DNA of 64,000 nt from Eledone cirrhosa (GCA_964016885.1 OZ024750.1:49786001-49850000), one strand, 5' to 3'. Positions 13,196-26,896 are shown, numbered from the stretch's first letter. Numbers and translations are program-made. Notes: generated by a model not told the origin, from the sequence alone.

Positions 13196-13555
13196 ATGCC
13201 AGCAAGTATTATAATGTGAAGTTAGGTAAGCTCCTGTAAAATGGCTATAATCAGCGAGCTATTCAGTAAATAGCCAACTAATATCAGTAGCTGTGTTTAG
13301 ATAAAGAAAGAACTGTTAATCTAATGGCGGTGTTCATTAAAACACATTTTAGAATTTTATTTCTTCTTAAAATAGGTATAATATAATCGCCTTTGAGAAT
13401 ACTATACAACATATTTTCAGGTTTTAGATCTGTTTTCTTCTTTATATCTGTATCAATGACATTTCTAACTATAATCGAGAATAGTTCCACCATTCTTGTA
13501 TTTTCCTGAATAAAGATGTTTTATACTTTTACACTTATTCAATAGATACTTAATA

Positions 13556-13584
13556 GCATCATCATCATCGCCCTCATCATTATT

Positions 13585-13615
<31 letters not shown>

Positions 13616-13731
13616 CCAATACCATCACCATCATCATCATCATCATTACCATTATCTTCATCATCGCCATCGTCGTGGTGGTGGTTGTGGTGGTGGTGGT
13701 CGTCGTCGTCGTAGTAGTATTAGTAGTAGTG

Positions 13732-13774
<43 letters not shown>

Positions 13775-14170
13775 CATTAGTAGTAGTAGTAGTAGTATTA
13801 GTATTAGTAGTGGTAGAAGTAGTAGTCATGGTGGTGGTGGTGGTGGTGGTAGACGTGGTGTTGGTCGTGGTGGTGGTCGTGGTGGTGTTGGTCGTCGTCG
13901 TCGTAGTAGTAGTAGTGGCGGTGGTGGTGGTAGTAGTAGTAATAGTAGTAGTATTAGTTGTTGTTGTAGTAGTGGTAGTAGTAGTGGTAGTAGTATTAGT
14001 GGTGGTGGTGGTGTTGATGGTTGTAGTTGTGGTGGTCGTCGTCGTGGTGGTCGTGGTGGCATTGGTCGTCGTAGTCGTAGTATTAGTAGTAGTAGTGGCG
14101 GCGGTGGTGGTGGTGGTAGTAGTAGTAGTAGTAATAGTAGTAGTAGTAGTAGCAGCAGTAGTAGTTGTAC

Positions 14171-14223
<53 letters not shown>

Positions 14224-14224
14224 A
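13556..14224. repeat. compound trinucleotide tract (CAT)n/(GTA)n/(GTG)n/(GTC)n
   Basis: Read directly; it generates the poly-T and poly-V ORFs. Confidence 0.95.
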
Positions 14225-15112
14225 TATTGTCGCGGATGGATTTTGCTTTCAACCATCAACATTCGGGTTATTTCTATCTCCAGATCTTCAAATTTGAATA
14301 ATATTTTCCATTTCCTTCACAGATATATTGTCGTCTGTGGTGGTAGATTAATCAATTAGAAGTTATGTTTTTTTCTGTAGTATTTGCCTATACTATCAGT
14401 ATGGTTACCTTTGATCTCACTATATGTGTATTAATATATCCCAAAGTATGTTTGTTTACTTATTCTCTGAATACGTTTGATTCTCGTCTAGCATATTCTT
14501 CTTCGGTGCTGCTTACATTCACTTTTGGTTAAGCATGTTTAATTTGCAAGCTGAATTACTGAACACAGTCCTGTGTACCTTAGAAACCTGCAATGTTTTA
14601 TTGGTCATACTGTTTCTATGGTATTGCAGACCCTTGAACTCTCCCCGTCTGGCGAGGAGATTTCCCCGTTTGGCTCATATCTCACCGTCTCTCCGGCTTT
14701 GTGTAAAAGGGTAAATTTTTCATTATATAAAATCTCCCCATTTTGCTTCCAGTCTCCCCGTTTATCAGCACTGATTGTCATGGCACTTCACGTATCGGTT
14801 TTTATAGGTTGGCAGGTCTGGTATTGAGAGTAATCTTCGCAATATATGTGCCGTGCCCAATAATGGTATTTTCAGTAAGTTGTGTGTTTTTACAATTTCT
14901 TGAGTTTTCGTTATGATTTGTATTTTACATTTGCGAGAACATAGGGATTGTTTCAGTTTTCATCACATTCGGATTATGTCTATTTCCAGATCTGTCAGTG
15001 GAATAATTTCTCAATGTCGTTGATATTGACGTACTTGCGGGTTGATACTCCGATTAAAAGGCAGGGATTTTATTTGACGTCTTTGATTAAAATATCAATA
15101 TCTTGCATTTAG

Positions 15113-15183
15113 TCTTCTTCTTCTTCTTCTTCTTCTTCTTCTTCTTCTTCTTCTTCTTCTTCTTCTTCTTCTTCTTCTTCTTC

Positions 15184-15215
<32 letters not shown>

Positions 15216-15225
15216 CTTCTTCTTC
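15113..15225. repeat. (CTT)n microsatellite
   Basis: Read directly. Confidence 0.95.
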
Positions 15226-15406
15226 CAATCCGCTGCCGAAATGGAGTCAATCGTTGTTCTAAGGATTCAACCAATCCACCCAAAATAATGGTTTCCCATT
15301 TAAGTACAAGGTCAAAAAGGTGGTGTGAAGTTAATTAAATTGACCCCAACGCAATCCCGTCAGAATGAAAGGCAAAGCTAACCTTGGCGGCAGTGCGGAA
15401 TTTGAA

Positions 15407-15596
15407 ATAATTGTTTCTACTTGTGGCACAAGGCCAGCAATTACCCAGTAGATTATTGGTACTTTATTTTATCGACCCCATAAGGATGAAAGGCAAAGTT
15501 AACCTCGGCGGGATTTGAACTCAGAATGGCAAGGGCCGTAACTCTATACGTCAAAGCATGGCGTCCGACCCTCTACCGATACTGCCAATTCACCGC
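15407..15596 (-). mobile_element. S1 SINE, full length
   Basis: Matches 1-189, with A and B boxes on the minus strand; preceded by an older degenerate copy at about 15285-15405. Confidence 0.9.
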
Positions 15597-17337
15597 ATAA
15601 TGAAAAGAAATTTGTTTTGAAAAGGATTGAACTCAGAACCTAGAGATGTGGAAAAGTATCCACCGCAATCACATCTCTGTCGACCACCTTAGCTATTTGT
15701 CATTGTCCTATTATTTGAACGGTAATTGCTTGTCTATTGAGCAACATATAATTATAATCTTCCTTCGTAACTTTCGAGAATCAATACTTTTGCAGCATAA
15801 TATATACACCCCATATTTATAGTATCGATGATAACATATATTTAGAGTAACTGATCGAACTAGTGACAAAATTAAACGTTATTAACGCCATCACTCTTCA
15901 ATGCTTGCAGTACGCTCCATTTCATCTTAATAAATGAATATATTAAATATAATTTTGTTTATTCATAAGCTATCTGTCCATGGAATATGCAATTACTAAA
16001 ACAACAATCTTTTGATCGCTACACATTGTACGATATTACCGCTTGCATGCAAACCATTAATATTTATTTGTCAATTATTTGCAGTAGAATTATAACGAAT
16101 CTACATTTGATTATCTCAGTTCGTTTCATCAGTAAATGTTATGTAAAAGAAACGATAGATCACCGGATGAAATGCAATTTATGTTCTATGATCAAATATC
16201 AGATGGGAACCTGCTTGTACATAACTCTGAGGTCACTTCATAACATACAATCTGTGATTTGAGGTGTCCTGTTTAAATCAATTAAACTCTCCTCAAAGCA
16301 CTAAAACGGTGAGAGAAGGCCCGATTCGAACTTCGAATGGATAGCCCTGAACATGGTTTACCACAAGACAGCTTCATGTAATCAAATGTTTCCCCAATTC
16401 ATCACTACCGATTGATAATTTATCAACAAGTAAAGTTTTAAAGGCAACGTTTATCCCGTTGGATTTGATATCAGATTGCAGCGAATGGAAATACATTTAT
16501 TCAAATACTGTAACCCAGTCTGCATTTTTAATCATGGCATGTGGAAAAGAACTTCAATCAAGTGAGAATATATCTTAAATATCAACGCAGAAACATCCCT
16601 TTGCGTTGTTCAGACACTGAGAAGCAAGCAGTGGAGAAAACCTGTATAGCCTAAACTGATTTAATGTATTTGGTAATACAGTGGTAGCAGACCTTGCCGT
16701 TAAACTAACTTGGTAAAATGGTAAAAACATCATACATGCTGCCTTGTGAAGAAGAATGGTAAATTATATTTAGAGAACAGAAAAAACATTTATGCGCTGA
16801 TTACGTTTATCCACCAAGGGTATAGGTGAACATTTTAGTTGGAAACGTACCGGATGACATGAAACTCCTAGGAAATCCCAGGGATTCTCTATTGTTACAT
16901 ACAGGAAAGCTAAACATACGATAGTTCGATTCTGTGCAATTAGATGTTTCAATATAAGTATTGTCTAGATAGAATTGATAAAGTGTCGGATAAAATGCAA
17001 TCTGAGATCTAAAATCTAAAATAACATTGCTTTTCATCTTTCGATAAAATAATGTACCAGTCCCGTATTTGTCATCATATAAAGAGCTTTGCCTCATTCC
17101 AAATTTTCTGGCCTTCTGCCTATATTAGAATTCAATATTACGTCTATGGTTCCAGAATTAGTCGCGCAAAATAGAACTTATGTATTGCATATCAACTAGA
17201 TGAAATAAAATATAAGGCAAGCCATTCTAAATTTGAACTCAACTTCTATTTTGCAACCTACGCCATCTGACTCGTTTCTCATTGACGCTCTCATGCTACA
17301 ATAATGTTAAGGGAAAATGGTTTATCATATGTGTAGA

Positions 17338-17482
17338 CATAGCGGGCTGGTTAACCATTTCGCTTCAAAGGCACGAGATTTCGGGATCAGTGTCGGTGTC
17401 TTCCATTATAGCTTCAAGTTTAGTTTCTCATTGTGAGTGAATCTTTCTAGATGGAAGACCTGCATGGAAAAACCCGTCGTAC
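17338..17482 (+). mobile_element. decayed octopus-type SINE ending CCCGTCGTA + CA repeat
   Basis: GTGTCTTCCATTATAGC..TTGTGAGTGAAT..AGATGGAA..CCCGTCGTA resembles a common octopus SINE, recalled from memory. Confidence 0.45.
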
Positions 17483-17673
17483 AAACACACACACACATAA
17501 ACACACACACATGCATCGACAATTGTCCACCTCGCTTCTCATGGACACCACCAGAGGGCGTTAAACCTGGTGTGTTTTTTTTGTATAGCTACAGCTTTCT
17601 AAAGGTTCACATGTAAATATACCGTGTTTCTTAAGAAATACGAAATGTCTATACATATCTATATACAGTTATA

Positions 17674-17862
<189 letters not shown>

Positions 17863-18696
17863 CACATATAAATTAGCGAGAATCGTATATACAAATATAA
17901 ATTAGAGAGAATCGTATTTCGGCTAGTGGAATTTCGGCTATATGTATATATATATATATACATATACATATATGCGACCAGTGCTTTAAGAAAACAACAC
18001 CATACTTCAGCACAGAGCATATAAAAACCTCGTTATATTTTTCTACTTTTGCTGTTCAAATTCTAGCTGTATGATGAGGTCATAGGTGTTGCATAATTGT
18101 TATCACCGAAATATATATGACAGCGAATATGAATAAACAAAGTTAATTTTAACATCTTGACTTACACTTCTTGTTTTAAATTAGTCCGGGAGTAAACAGA
18201 CCTATCTATGCACTTCGTTTAATGCTATCCCCTGCGTAGAGAAGTGTTAGTAATTAACCAATACAAATACAAGATTCGATCCCTAATACCTAAGTTTTAT
18301 ACGTCCTATTTCGTGCATTGGTATTTGAAATTTCCACACCTACCCAAAGAATTCAGTAATATTCAAAACAATCTCATTTTCCTAATTCCTTTTCACCTTA
18401 TCCACTCTACCCTACTCTTAATTTCTACCCTCTACTTTTCTATCCTTCTCATTATACCATATCCACCCTTTCAACCATATAAGGTAAACATCTAAACCTT
18501 CCCCCATATAAATGGCCGAATAATATGTGTTCCACGTCACAGCACACCGAGTGATAATGTGAAACTCTTTAGCCCCTCTCTCTCTCCCCTCTACTAACTT
18601 TATTTCATTCTATTGTTCAATTATTTACATTTTTTTAAACGAAAGTTCCAATGCTGAATTCAACCGCGTAGTGAATAGTTGACCTGCACTATTATA

Positions 18697-18765
18697 GGCT
18701 TTCTGATGAATTTTAATAAATTATTAAGTATTGTAAATGATTGAACAATATATATTGTAGTCAGC
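18697..18765 (+). ncRNA. degenerate hammerhead-like motif
   Basis: CTGATGA..GAA-CAATATATATTG-TA has a palindromic stem III, but one A of GAAA is missing and stem I is weak. Confidence 0.35.
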
Positions 18766-18882
18766 ATAGGTAGACGATTATAATAGATACAGAAACATAT
18801 GTTTAAGCAAATAAATTCTTAATCTCCTCCACGCCGACGTTTTACTTTTCTTAGTGTAATACTTGCGTATATATATATATAC

Positions 18883-19288
18883 ATACCATTTACGTGGTTT
18901 TGTCTTTGCGTGCAATTGTTCTCCCCGCTCCACATAATGACGTATTTCTTCGTTTTTTCCGTTCATTGCCTGAGAACGTCTCTGTGAACGACCTAAGAGA
19001 ATATTAGTCTACAACTTCTTTTATACCATAAACGTGGTTTTGTCTTTGTGTGTAATTGTTTTTCACCGCTCCAAATAGTGACGTATTATCTTCCTTTTTT
19101 CCCGTTCTTTGCCAGGGAACGTTTCCACGAACCAAAGTATCGTCTTCCTCTCTTCCTCCCGTTGTAACGTTTTTTTTAAAATATTTACTTCTACGTTCAC
19201 AGATTGACTTTCTTAGTTTCAGGTGATTCCGTTAATGGTGAAAGCAGATATACTTTGCCTAAACTTTAATCGGTAATTTTAATAAATA
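18883..19288 (+). mobile_element. family C TA-inserted repeat, copy 1
   Basis: Contains an internal ~140-bp tandem duplication (ATACCATTTACGTGGTTTTGTCTTTGCG..) and ends AATAAA-(TA)n. Other copies are at 25715-26352 (+) and 32047-32678 (-). Confidence 0.75.
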
Positions 19289-20289
19289 TATATATATATA
19301 TATATATTAAACCAGAGAGAGGGGGAAGAGAGAGGCAGAGAGAGAGAGAAAGAGAGAGAGTGTGGTATGAGTGTGTGTACATTTGTTTGTGCGTACGTAT
19401 GTGTGGGAATCATTTTCTTTATTTCTGTCCAATGGTGTCCAACAAGAATGAAATGAAAATAGTATGTACCTGACTTGAAAATCTTATGCACTGGATTGGA
19501 TATGATTGACTAAATCAAGATGATGTCTCAAAACAGCCACAGTATAATGACTGAAAATAGTAAAACGATAAAATTATAACATAATTCATAGAGGAACCTG
19601 GTTGGGAAATAATATTTAATGTTTTTAATATGTTCTGTACAAAATTTTACGAATCATAGAATACAATGTTATATAAACAAACTTTAATAGCTCAAAAGTG
19701 TTGATGCCAAACCACCTGTAGGCGCTTCTGATATCTTATACAATCCTGTTTATTTTAAAGGATTTATATTTAACTAAATCTTCCCAACTTAAGGGCTTGT
19801 ATTTAAGTAAGTGCCCGTACTTCGGCTTACCAAGGAAGAAGTTAATTATATTACGAAACACGTACAAACGTTTGATTATTTTGAAAATAATCTGAGAAAC
19901 CTTGGTGGGGTTTGATTTTGTTTTTATTATAGATATGTTAACAAAGGGGTTAAAATACAGGCAGGGATATATGATGATGTGAGATAATAATATGACTTAA
20001 CATGTGTAGACAATGTAGCTCACAATTCATTTGATCAGCACCATGCCGAATACGAAAAGGGACTTTTTAGTTATGTGTTATCATAGATTTTGCACCGACA
20101 TCAGACAGGCCAAGGATCAGCCTTATGAAGGTACGAGTCTGTGCAATATGCTTTTGTTGAAGACTAACAGTCACTCATGGAAGCTAGTCTTCCCTCTCCC
20201 TGACAATGAGCTGGTTCAAGGTAAAAGCAAAAGGTTGATATATTTTGAACCCAATGTCGTAGAAACTCAAGTGTTTTGGTTTTATTTGA

Positions 20290-20418
20290 GCGTACAGGAG
20301 TATCCTGAGAATAAAGCGCCTTGCTGCAGAGCAGATCAGACAGATCAGTTCTAGAATCAAACTTATGACCTTGGTAACATATGCCCAAAATCCTCACCAC
20401 AAAGCCACGCGCTTTACC
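20290..20418 (-). mobile_element. decayed CORE-type SINE head
   Basis: Minus strand GCGCGTGGCTTTGTGGT..AAGTTTGATTC..GCAAGGCGCTTTATT parallels 50048-50165. Confidence 0.45.
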
Positions 20419-21007
20419 ATTAGCAATAATAATTTGTCATAATATATGACTTCAACTTATATTAGAAAAAAATAAACTCAAAGGTTTCTGAGAAAAACTG
20501 TTTATAAATACACTTAACATTCGTGATAATTCATTTCCACAGTGAATATCACTTGATACTAATCTAAACCTATACTTATCCGATATAGAGAAGAAAATTA
20601 AAATAACGTTATAAAACACTGTTTTAAAATATGCATATTCTAAACAGCATGAGGAAAATAAATCCGTGATTTAAATATGAAGTGGTCCTGGAAGATATCA
20701 CGAAATGCTTCAGGAATTCGACATGCATGACGGAAACATGCTTAATTTTTTAAAATATTACTACAGAAATGATGTATAGATATATATAATTGTATTGTAA
20801 AAATAATTACAATTTTGACATAATGAAAATTTCAAAATAAAATATGCTAAATCTTATGAAATGTAAATCGCCGTAAGATGTATATTGATGATGAATGACA
20901 TAAATCCAAATACAATAGAATGTAAGGTATAAATAAATAAAATGTTTTATTGATTTTCAAATTTGGCGAAAGATTATAAAATCGCAGTGAAAGGTTATAA
21001 GTTTGTG

Positions 21008-21062
<55 letters not shown>

Positions 21063-21078
21063 ATATTCAATATATTAG

Positions 21079-21125
<47 letters not shown>

Positions 21126-21288
21126 ATATAATGAAATACACAGATACATGCGAACACATACATATACATGAATATATCCGCATATATCCCTGAATTTGTG
21201 GTGCGAAACTCGACCGTTGTTCGTCTATGAATAACTGGGACAAAATAATCCAAATGGATTAGATTGATTCAGTATCAGAGCTATATAA

Positions 21289-21814
21289 TCTATATATATA
21301 AAGCTGTGGTTCTCTGTCTGTCCATCGATTTTTGGCACACATCTCCTCTTAGAATCTCTGACGGAATTGCACCGAAATTGCTATACTTGTACATTGAGCC
21401 CTAGCGAAGACATCGGAAAAAAAAATTTCAAATTGACCCTCCCTATGTGACGAAATCGAATCTAATGTATCGATTTTTGAGCGTAAGTGACGAGTTATTT
21501 CCCTTTGTTCTGTTTACATTGAGTGTCTTACGTTGTTTTTCTCTGCGTTGCAGTGTTTACATTTTCGATCTTTGTTAATAAATAACCAGTGCAGTTTTTA
21601 TCCCCAGCATCCTCTTTTGTTATAACATTCGGGTTATCGTTATGTTTTCTTAACTTCATAAGGCATATTGTTGGTTGAGGGAATATTAATCAAAAACACC
21701 ACATGCAAGTCTGCACAGTAGACACTACAGTTTTTAAGCCAAAAAAGAAACTTAACATTGTAACTTTAACACAGCTACTGAACGACCCCGAGCAACGCCG
21801 GGCTTTACTGCTAG
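21289..21814 (+). mobile_element. non-autonomous Helitron
   Basis: 5' end A|TCTATATATATAAAG..CTGTCTGTC; 3' hairpin CCCGAGCAACGCCGGG followed by CTAG|T; inserted between A and T with no TSD. Confidence 0.85.
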
Positions 21815-21885
21815 TACATTATAAAGACAGAAGAAACATTAGGTATAATTAATAAGATATACCATACCCAAATCTCTTCATTACT

Positions 21886-21976
21886 CCTCGACTACGTAGT
21901 TTCGTGGCATATTATGCAAAAACACTACATCACAGAGATACAGTATTTTGGTGAGGTTTGCTGACTTATCAAGAGG
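21886..21976 (-). ncRNA. hammerhead, U3:A8 core variant (inverted arm)
   Basis: Reverse complement reads CCTC-TTGATAA-GTCAGCA..TGCCAC-GAAA-CTACGTAG-TC-GAGG. Confidence 0.7.
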
Positions 21977-22361
21977 ATACCTCATTTAGAGTTTCAAAAC
22001 ACATCCGTAGGACGCGAGATAGAATCACACAGATACAGGGATATATGTGGATATATTCATGTATATGTATGTGTTCGCATGCATCTTTGTATTTCTTTAT
22101 ATTGATAATAACTCCCTATGGTAGAGTAACCATTGAAGTGTACTGACTGCTGGAAAGCTATCATTACTCAAACTTCTCGCCATCCTAGCCATCTACGGCT
22201 TTGATATAAATACCCCCTCCGCCTTTGTAGAATTTTTGTCTTGGTGGTAAGAGGCTTAGTTCTGTTTCTTGACCGCAATATTACGTGATTGAATCCCCCT
22301 CCGCCTTTCGTGATTCTATCTCTCCTCCTACGGATGTGTTTTGAAACTCTAAATGAGGTAG

Positions 22362-22452
22362 CCTCTTGATAAGTCGGCAAACCTCACAAAAACACTGTAT
22401 GTCTCTGATATAGTGTTTTTGCACAAAATGCTACGAAACTACGTAGTCGAGG
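22362..22452 (+). ncRNA. hammerhead, U3:A8 core variant
   Basis: CCTC-TTGATAA-GTCGGCA..TGCTAC-GAAA-CTACGTAG-TC-GAGG then AGTAATAAA; 8-nt palindromic stem III and GUC triplet. Confidence 0.75.
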
Positions 22453-22562
22453 AGTAATAAAGAGATTTGGATATGGTATATCTTAATACTGGATATGGTA
22501 TATCTTAATTATATCTCATGTTTCTTCTTTCGTTATAATGTATTATATATATATATATATAT

Positions 22563-23170
<608 letters not shown>

Positions 23171-23189
23171 TTATATATATTTATATATA

Positions 23190-23292
<103 letters not shown>

Positions 23293-23804
23293 GCAATGGA
23301 ACCACTAACGAACACATAGTTTGCAGTGTTTCAAATAGAAAATCGGCTCATTTCATTATTGTTGTTCTTTTTTTTTGTAACAAATGATATAACTTTGATA
23401 ACTTTGAATAGGTTTCTGCCAGAGTTGGCCCAGGACATGTCAAACTTAATAGCACCACCTACAGTAGATACATCACAATACCTGTAATGGATGCAACACA
23501 TTCATGCACATAGTCCATTCCCAAACACACACACACACATATATGTATATACATATATGTATTCACATATGTACATACAAACATCTGTGAATACGTACAT
23601 ATATAAATGTACACATATCTATATACATATGTATATATATAATTCTGTCGGCCAACTAACAGAGAGCGATGGACAGACACAGACAGTGATATGAAGTCTC
23701 GTCTCATATGAACTCTCGTCTTTAAATATGTATGTAGAAACTGATAATTTGTCTTCTCCTTTTAACTATTCGTATAAATATGCAACATAACTACATTACG
23801 CATA

Positions 23805-23858
23805 TCCGCAGTTGAAAAAGCATGTAATGCTGAAACCGGTACCATTATTAAAAGCGGA
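23805..23858 (+). ncRNA. hammerhead-like, TTGAAAA (U3:A8) core
   Basis: TTGAAAA-AGCA TGTAA TGCT-GAAA-CCG-GTA with palindrome ACCGGT. Proximal stem I is poor; distal TCCGC/GCGGA can pair. Confidence 0.5.
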
Positions 23859-23955
23859 AATATTCACTTTATAAATAAATATTTTGATATAATACTGAAA
23901 GAATCTCTTCAGCATTTTCTATTGAATAAATACTACACTCATATATATTTGATTG

Positions 23956-24015
<60 letters not shown>

Positions 24016-24017
<2 letters not shown>

Positions 24018-24122
24018 CAAGTTATCAATAATGTAGTGATACTATATCGTCGCGTTAGAGATGAATAGCGTACGTGTAGGTTTGCTCAACGAGTATGAAT
24101 TATATTCCGGAGAAAATGTAGA

Positions 24123-24123
<1 letters not shown>
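24016..24123 (-). repeat. solo tail fragment of the 52995-54775 element
   Basis: Reverse complement matches 54665-54775; bounded by TA runs. Confidence 0.75.
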
Positions 24124-24154
<31 letters not shown>

Positions 24155-24349
24155 TAGGTATAGGATTATCCAAGATTTAGTAATGGTTAATTACTACACT
24201 GGATATGGTTGACGTACGGTAAGAGGTTACTCTACGAGTTATGGAAGAATTGTTGAAGAAACTTAGTTCCTGATCCTTCTGTATTACGGAGTGTATATAA
24301 AGAATGAATAATAACAGGTAGACATCATAAAAAGGTAATTTATTCCGTG

Positions 24350-24461
24350 TGCTTACAAATGTTTCCACGGTGGTACTACAGCCTAGTTATCCTATGTGCA
24401 AATTTACAAGTATTTGCAGAACTCAAATATCCAATGCTGTAACCACTGTATCCTCAGAGCA
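24350..24461 (-). ncRNA. hammerhead with ~85-nt stem II domain
   Basis: Reverse complement reads TGCT-CTGAGGA-TACAGTGGT..ACCACCGTG-GAAA-CATTT-GTA-AGCA..AATAAA; homologue at 49122. Confidence 0.75.
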
Positions 24462-24566
24462 GAATGGTAAAATGTACAATGTAAATACCCTTAAGTGGGG
24501 TTGTTGGGTAAGATAGAGTAGAAAAGGAAGAGAGAAAATTAGGAAAGCCAGGGCTTTATACATATG

Positions 24567-24710
<144 letters not shown>

Positions 24711-24715
24711 TGTGT

Positions 24716-24767
<52 letters not shown>

Positions 24768-24775
<8 letters not shown>

Positions 24776-25060
24776 TTAGCGATAATCGCATTTTGGCGAG
24801 TAAAAATCAGCGAAACGCAACTTCCGATTTTTGTTGGCAAGCGTTCAATGGATACGAAGATACCAGAACAGTAATCATAAGTTTTTAAAAAAGGCATACA
24901 AAACTGATACGATGGTTAAGAAGCCATTAACCACCCAAGCCAAAAAAGGCATGAAGCTAAGCGGGTCAAACAAAATACGATATTATTGAAATATTTACCC
25001 GGCCCCCGGAAATGATGGTAAAATCCAATATAAGGTTTCTGTGACACCTATATCAATAAT
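24768..25060 (-). repeat. family D repeat, diverged copy
   Basis: Reverse complement is homologous to 48453-48826 and 54793-55778; its 3' end (TCGCTAAATTTA) abuts (TA)n. Confidence 0.65.
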
Positions 25061-25176
25061 ACTGCCTGCTTAAAAAAATAATAAGGTTTTCGTATGATGA
25101 TCGAGCAACGATATCGCTTTCTCAACAGGCATTTTAGTCTGCGCGAGGATCTGACAGTGTTTTGAAAGCACATATG

Positions 25177-25241
<65 letters not shown>

Positions 25242-25276
25242 AAATTAAGATGAATCAAATGAATTTAAAGCAAATC

Positions 25277-25392
25277 AAAATTATGGGTGTCATGCCAGAA
25301 AGACATGCGCCATATCACCCGCAAAATAAGCTCTAGAGCTTATTTTGCGGGTGATATGGCGCATGTCTTTCTGGCATGACACCCATAATTTT
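25277..25392. repeat. perfect 116-bp spacerless palindrome
   Basis: Centre CTCT|AGAG at 25334/25335 with 58-bp perfect arms; imperfect extension to about 25241-25415. Confidence 0.9.
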
Positions 25393-25714
25393 CATTTGAT
25401 TTATCTTAATTTTGGATATAGATATATAAATACGATTCCTTAATTGTAGAGCTAACTCAGTTGAAAGGACTCGACTGTTGCTTTTAGTTGTCGATATCCC
25501 TATTCACGCCATTGGGACGAAGCTAGTATGATGTGTGTATTTCTAGTAGATATAGCACGTGTTTCTGGCCAGTCGCTGATTTGAACTCTGCTACAGAGTG
25601 TGTATATGTGTATATGTGTACTTCTTGTTTAGTTGACTTACCGAACATTCGTGTATTTATATGTAGGTATGTGTGTGCGCTTGTTATATACGTATTTATT
25701 TACTTATATACGTT

Positions 25715-26352
25715 TATATAATTATTTATTTATTTGTACACAAGCATACACACACACACACATATTTATATGTGCGTGGTTTTATATACCTATGGTAAGG
25801 TTTTGCGTATGCTTGTATATGTACGCACTTGTTTGCGTGTATGTATTTATTTATTTCTATTACTTCTGTATTGTATTATTTACTTTGTTCTTAACTCTGT
25901 AGCAGAGATTCATTTGGTCTCCTAGTTAGAATTTTAGTCTACGACTTCTGCTATACCATTTACGTGGTTTTGTCTTTGCGTGCTATTGTTCTCCACGCTC
26001 TACATATGACTTATTATCTTCGTTTTTTCATTCATTGCCAGAGAAGGTCTCTATGCACCACCTGAGAGAACATTAGTCTACGACCTCTTTTATACCATAC
26101 ACGTGGATCTGTCTTTGCGCGTAATTGTTTTTCACCGCTCCTATTAATGACGTATTATTCGTTTTTTTCCCGTTCTTTGCCAGCGAACGTTTCCACGAAC
26201 CAAAGTATCGTCTTCCTGTCTTCCTCCGGTTGCAACGTTTTTGAAATATCCAGTTCTGCGTTTACAGATTGACTTTGTTAGTTTCAGAAGATCCCGTTAA
26301 GGGTGAAAGCAGCGATTCTTTGCTTAAAATTTAATCTGTTATTTAATAAATA
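25715..26352 (+). mobile_element. family C repeat, copy 2
   Basis: Homologous to 18883-19288 and inverted relative to 32047-32678. Confidence 0.8.
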
Positions 26353-26435
26353 TTTGCTCTACGGTTCTTATATATTTTATATATATTTATCCTTATCGAG
26401 CCCTCGTTGGATTTTAGTCTACAATTTTATTATTA

Positions 26436-26489
<54 letters not shown>

Positions 26490-26599
26490 TAATTTAATAT
26501 ATCTACTAACATAAGCGCACAGATGTACGCTAATGCCAGCAAATACACAGGTTATGTCATAGTACCTATATATATATATATATATATATAGGTACTCAT

Positions 26600-26789
26600 A
26601 TAATTGTTTCTACTTTAGGCACAAGGCCAGCAATTACCCAGTGCATTACTGGTACTTTATTTTATCGACCCCGTAAGGATGAAAGGCAAAGTCAACCTCG
26701 GCGGGATTTGAACTCAGATCGTAAAGGGACGTAACTATGCTGGAAAGCATGGCGTCCGACCCTCTACCGATGCTGCCAATCCACCACCC
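26600..26789 (-). mobile_element. S1 SINE with long TSD
   Basis: Full-length copy with TATATATATAGGTACTCATATAAT duplicated on both sides. Confidence 0.9.
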
Positions 26790-26896
26790 TTATATATATA
26801 TAGGTACTCATATAATGCCTGCAGAAATGGCCGTTGCATAAATATACCCTCAACATGAATACAATGAGATATATTGTGCACTACAATAGGATGACA

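Larger units (their letters stand above)
21190..22545. mobile_element. PLE-derived foldback with HHR in both arms (interrupted by a Helitron)
   Basis: Inverted arms at about 21815-22028 and 22310-22545, ending in (TA)n; probable tail at 21190-21288. Confidence 0.7.

Noticed and set aside
12009-13197. Long ORFs up to 317 aa (MCVYVCMY..), and YIYI ORFs throughout the window
   Set aside because: They are translations of TA/TACA microsatellites that happen to lack stops.
13539-14301. Mucin-like poly-Thr and poly-Val ORFs
   Set aside because: Trinucleotide tract with no unique coding flanks or domain.
14626-14773. Possible hAT-type MITE with TCTCCCCG repeats
   Set aside because: The ends share only CAG/CTG and no TSD was found.
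15095-15288. Poly-Arg/poly-Phe ORFs (and the poly-Glu ORF at 60775-61083)
   Set aside because: (CTT)n microsatellite artefacts.
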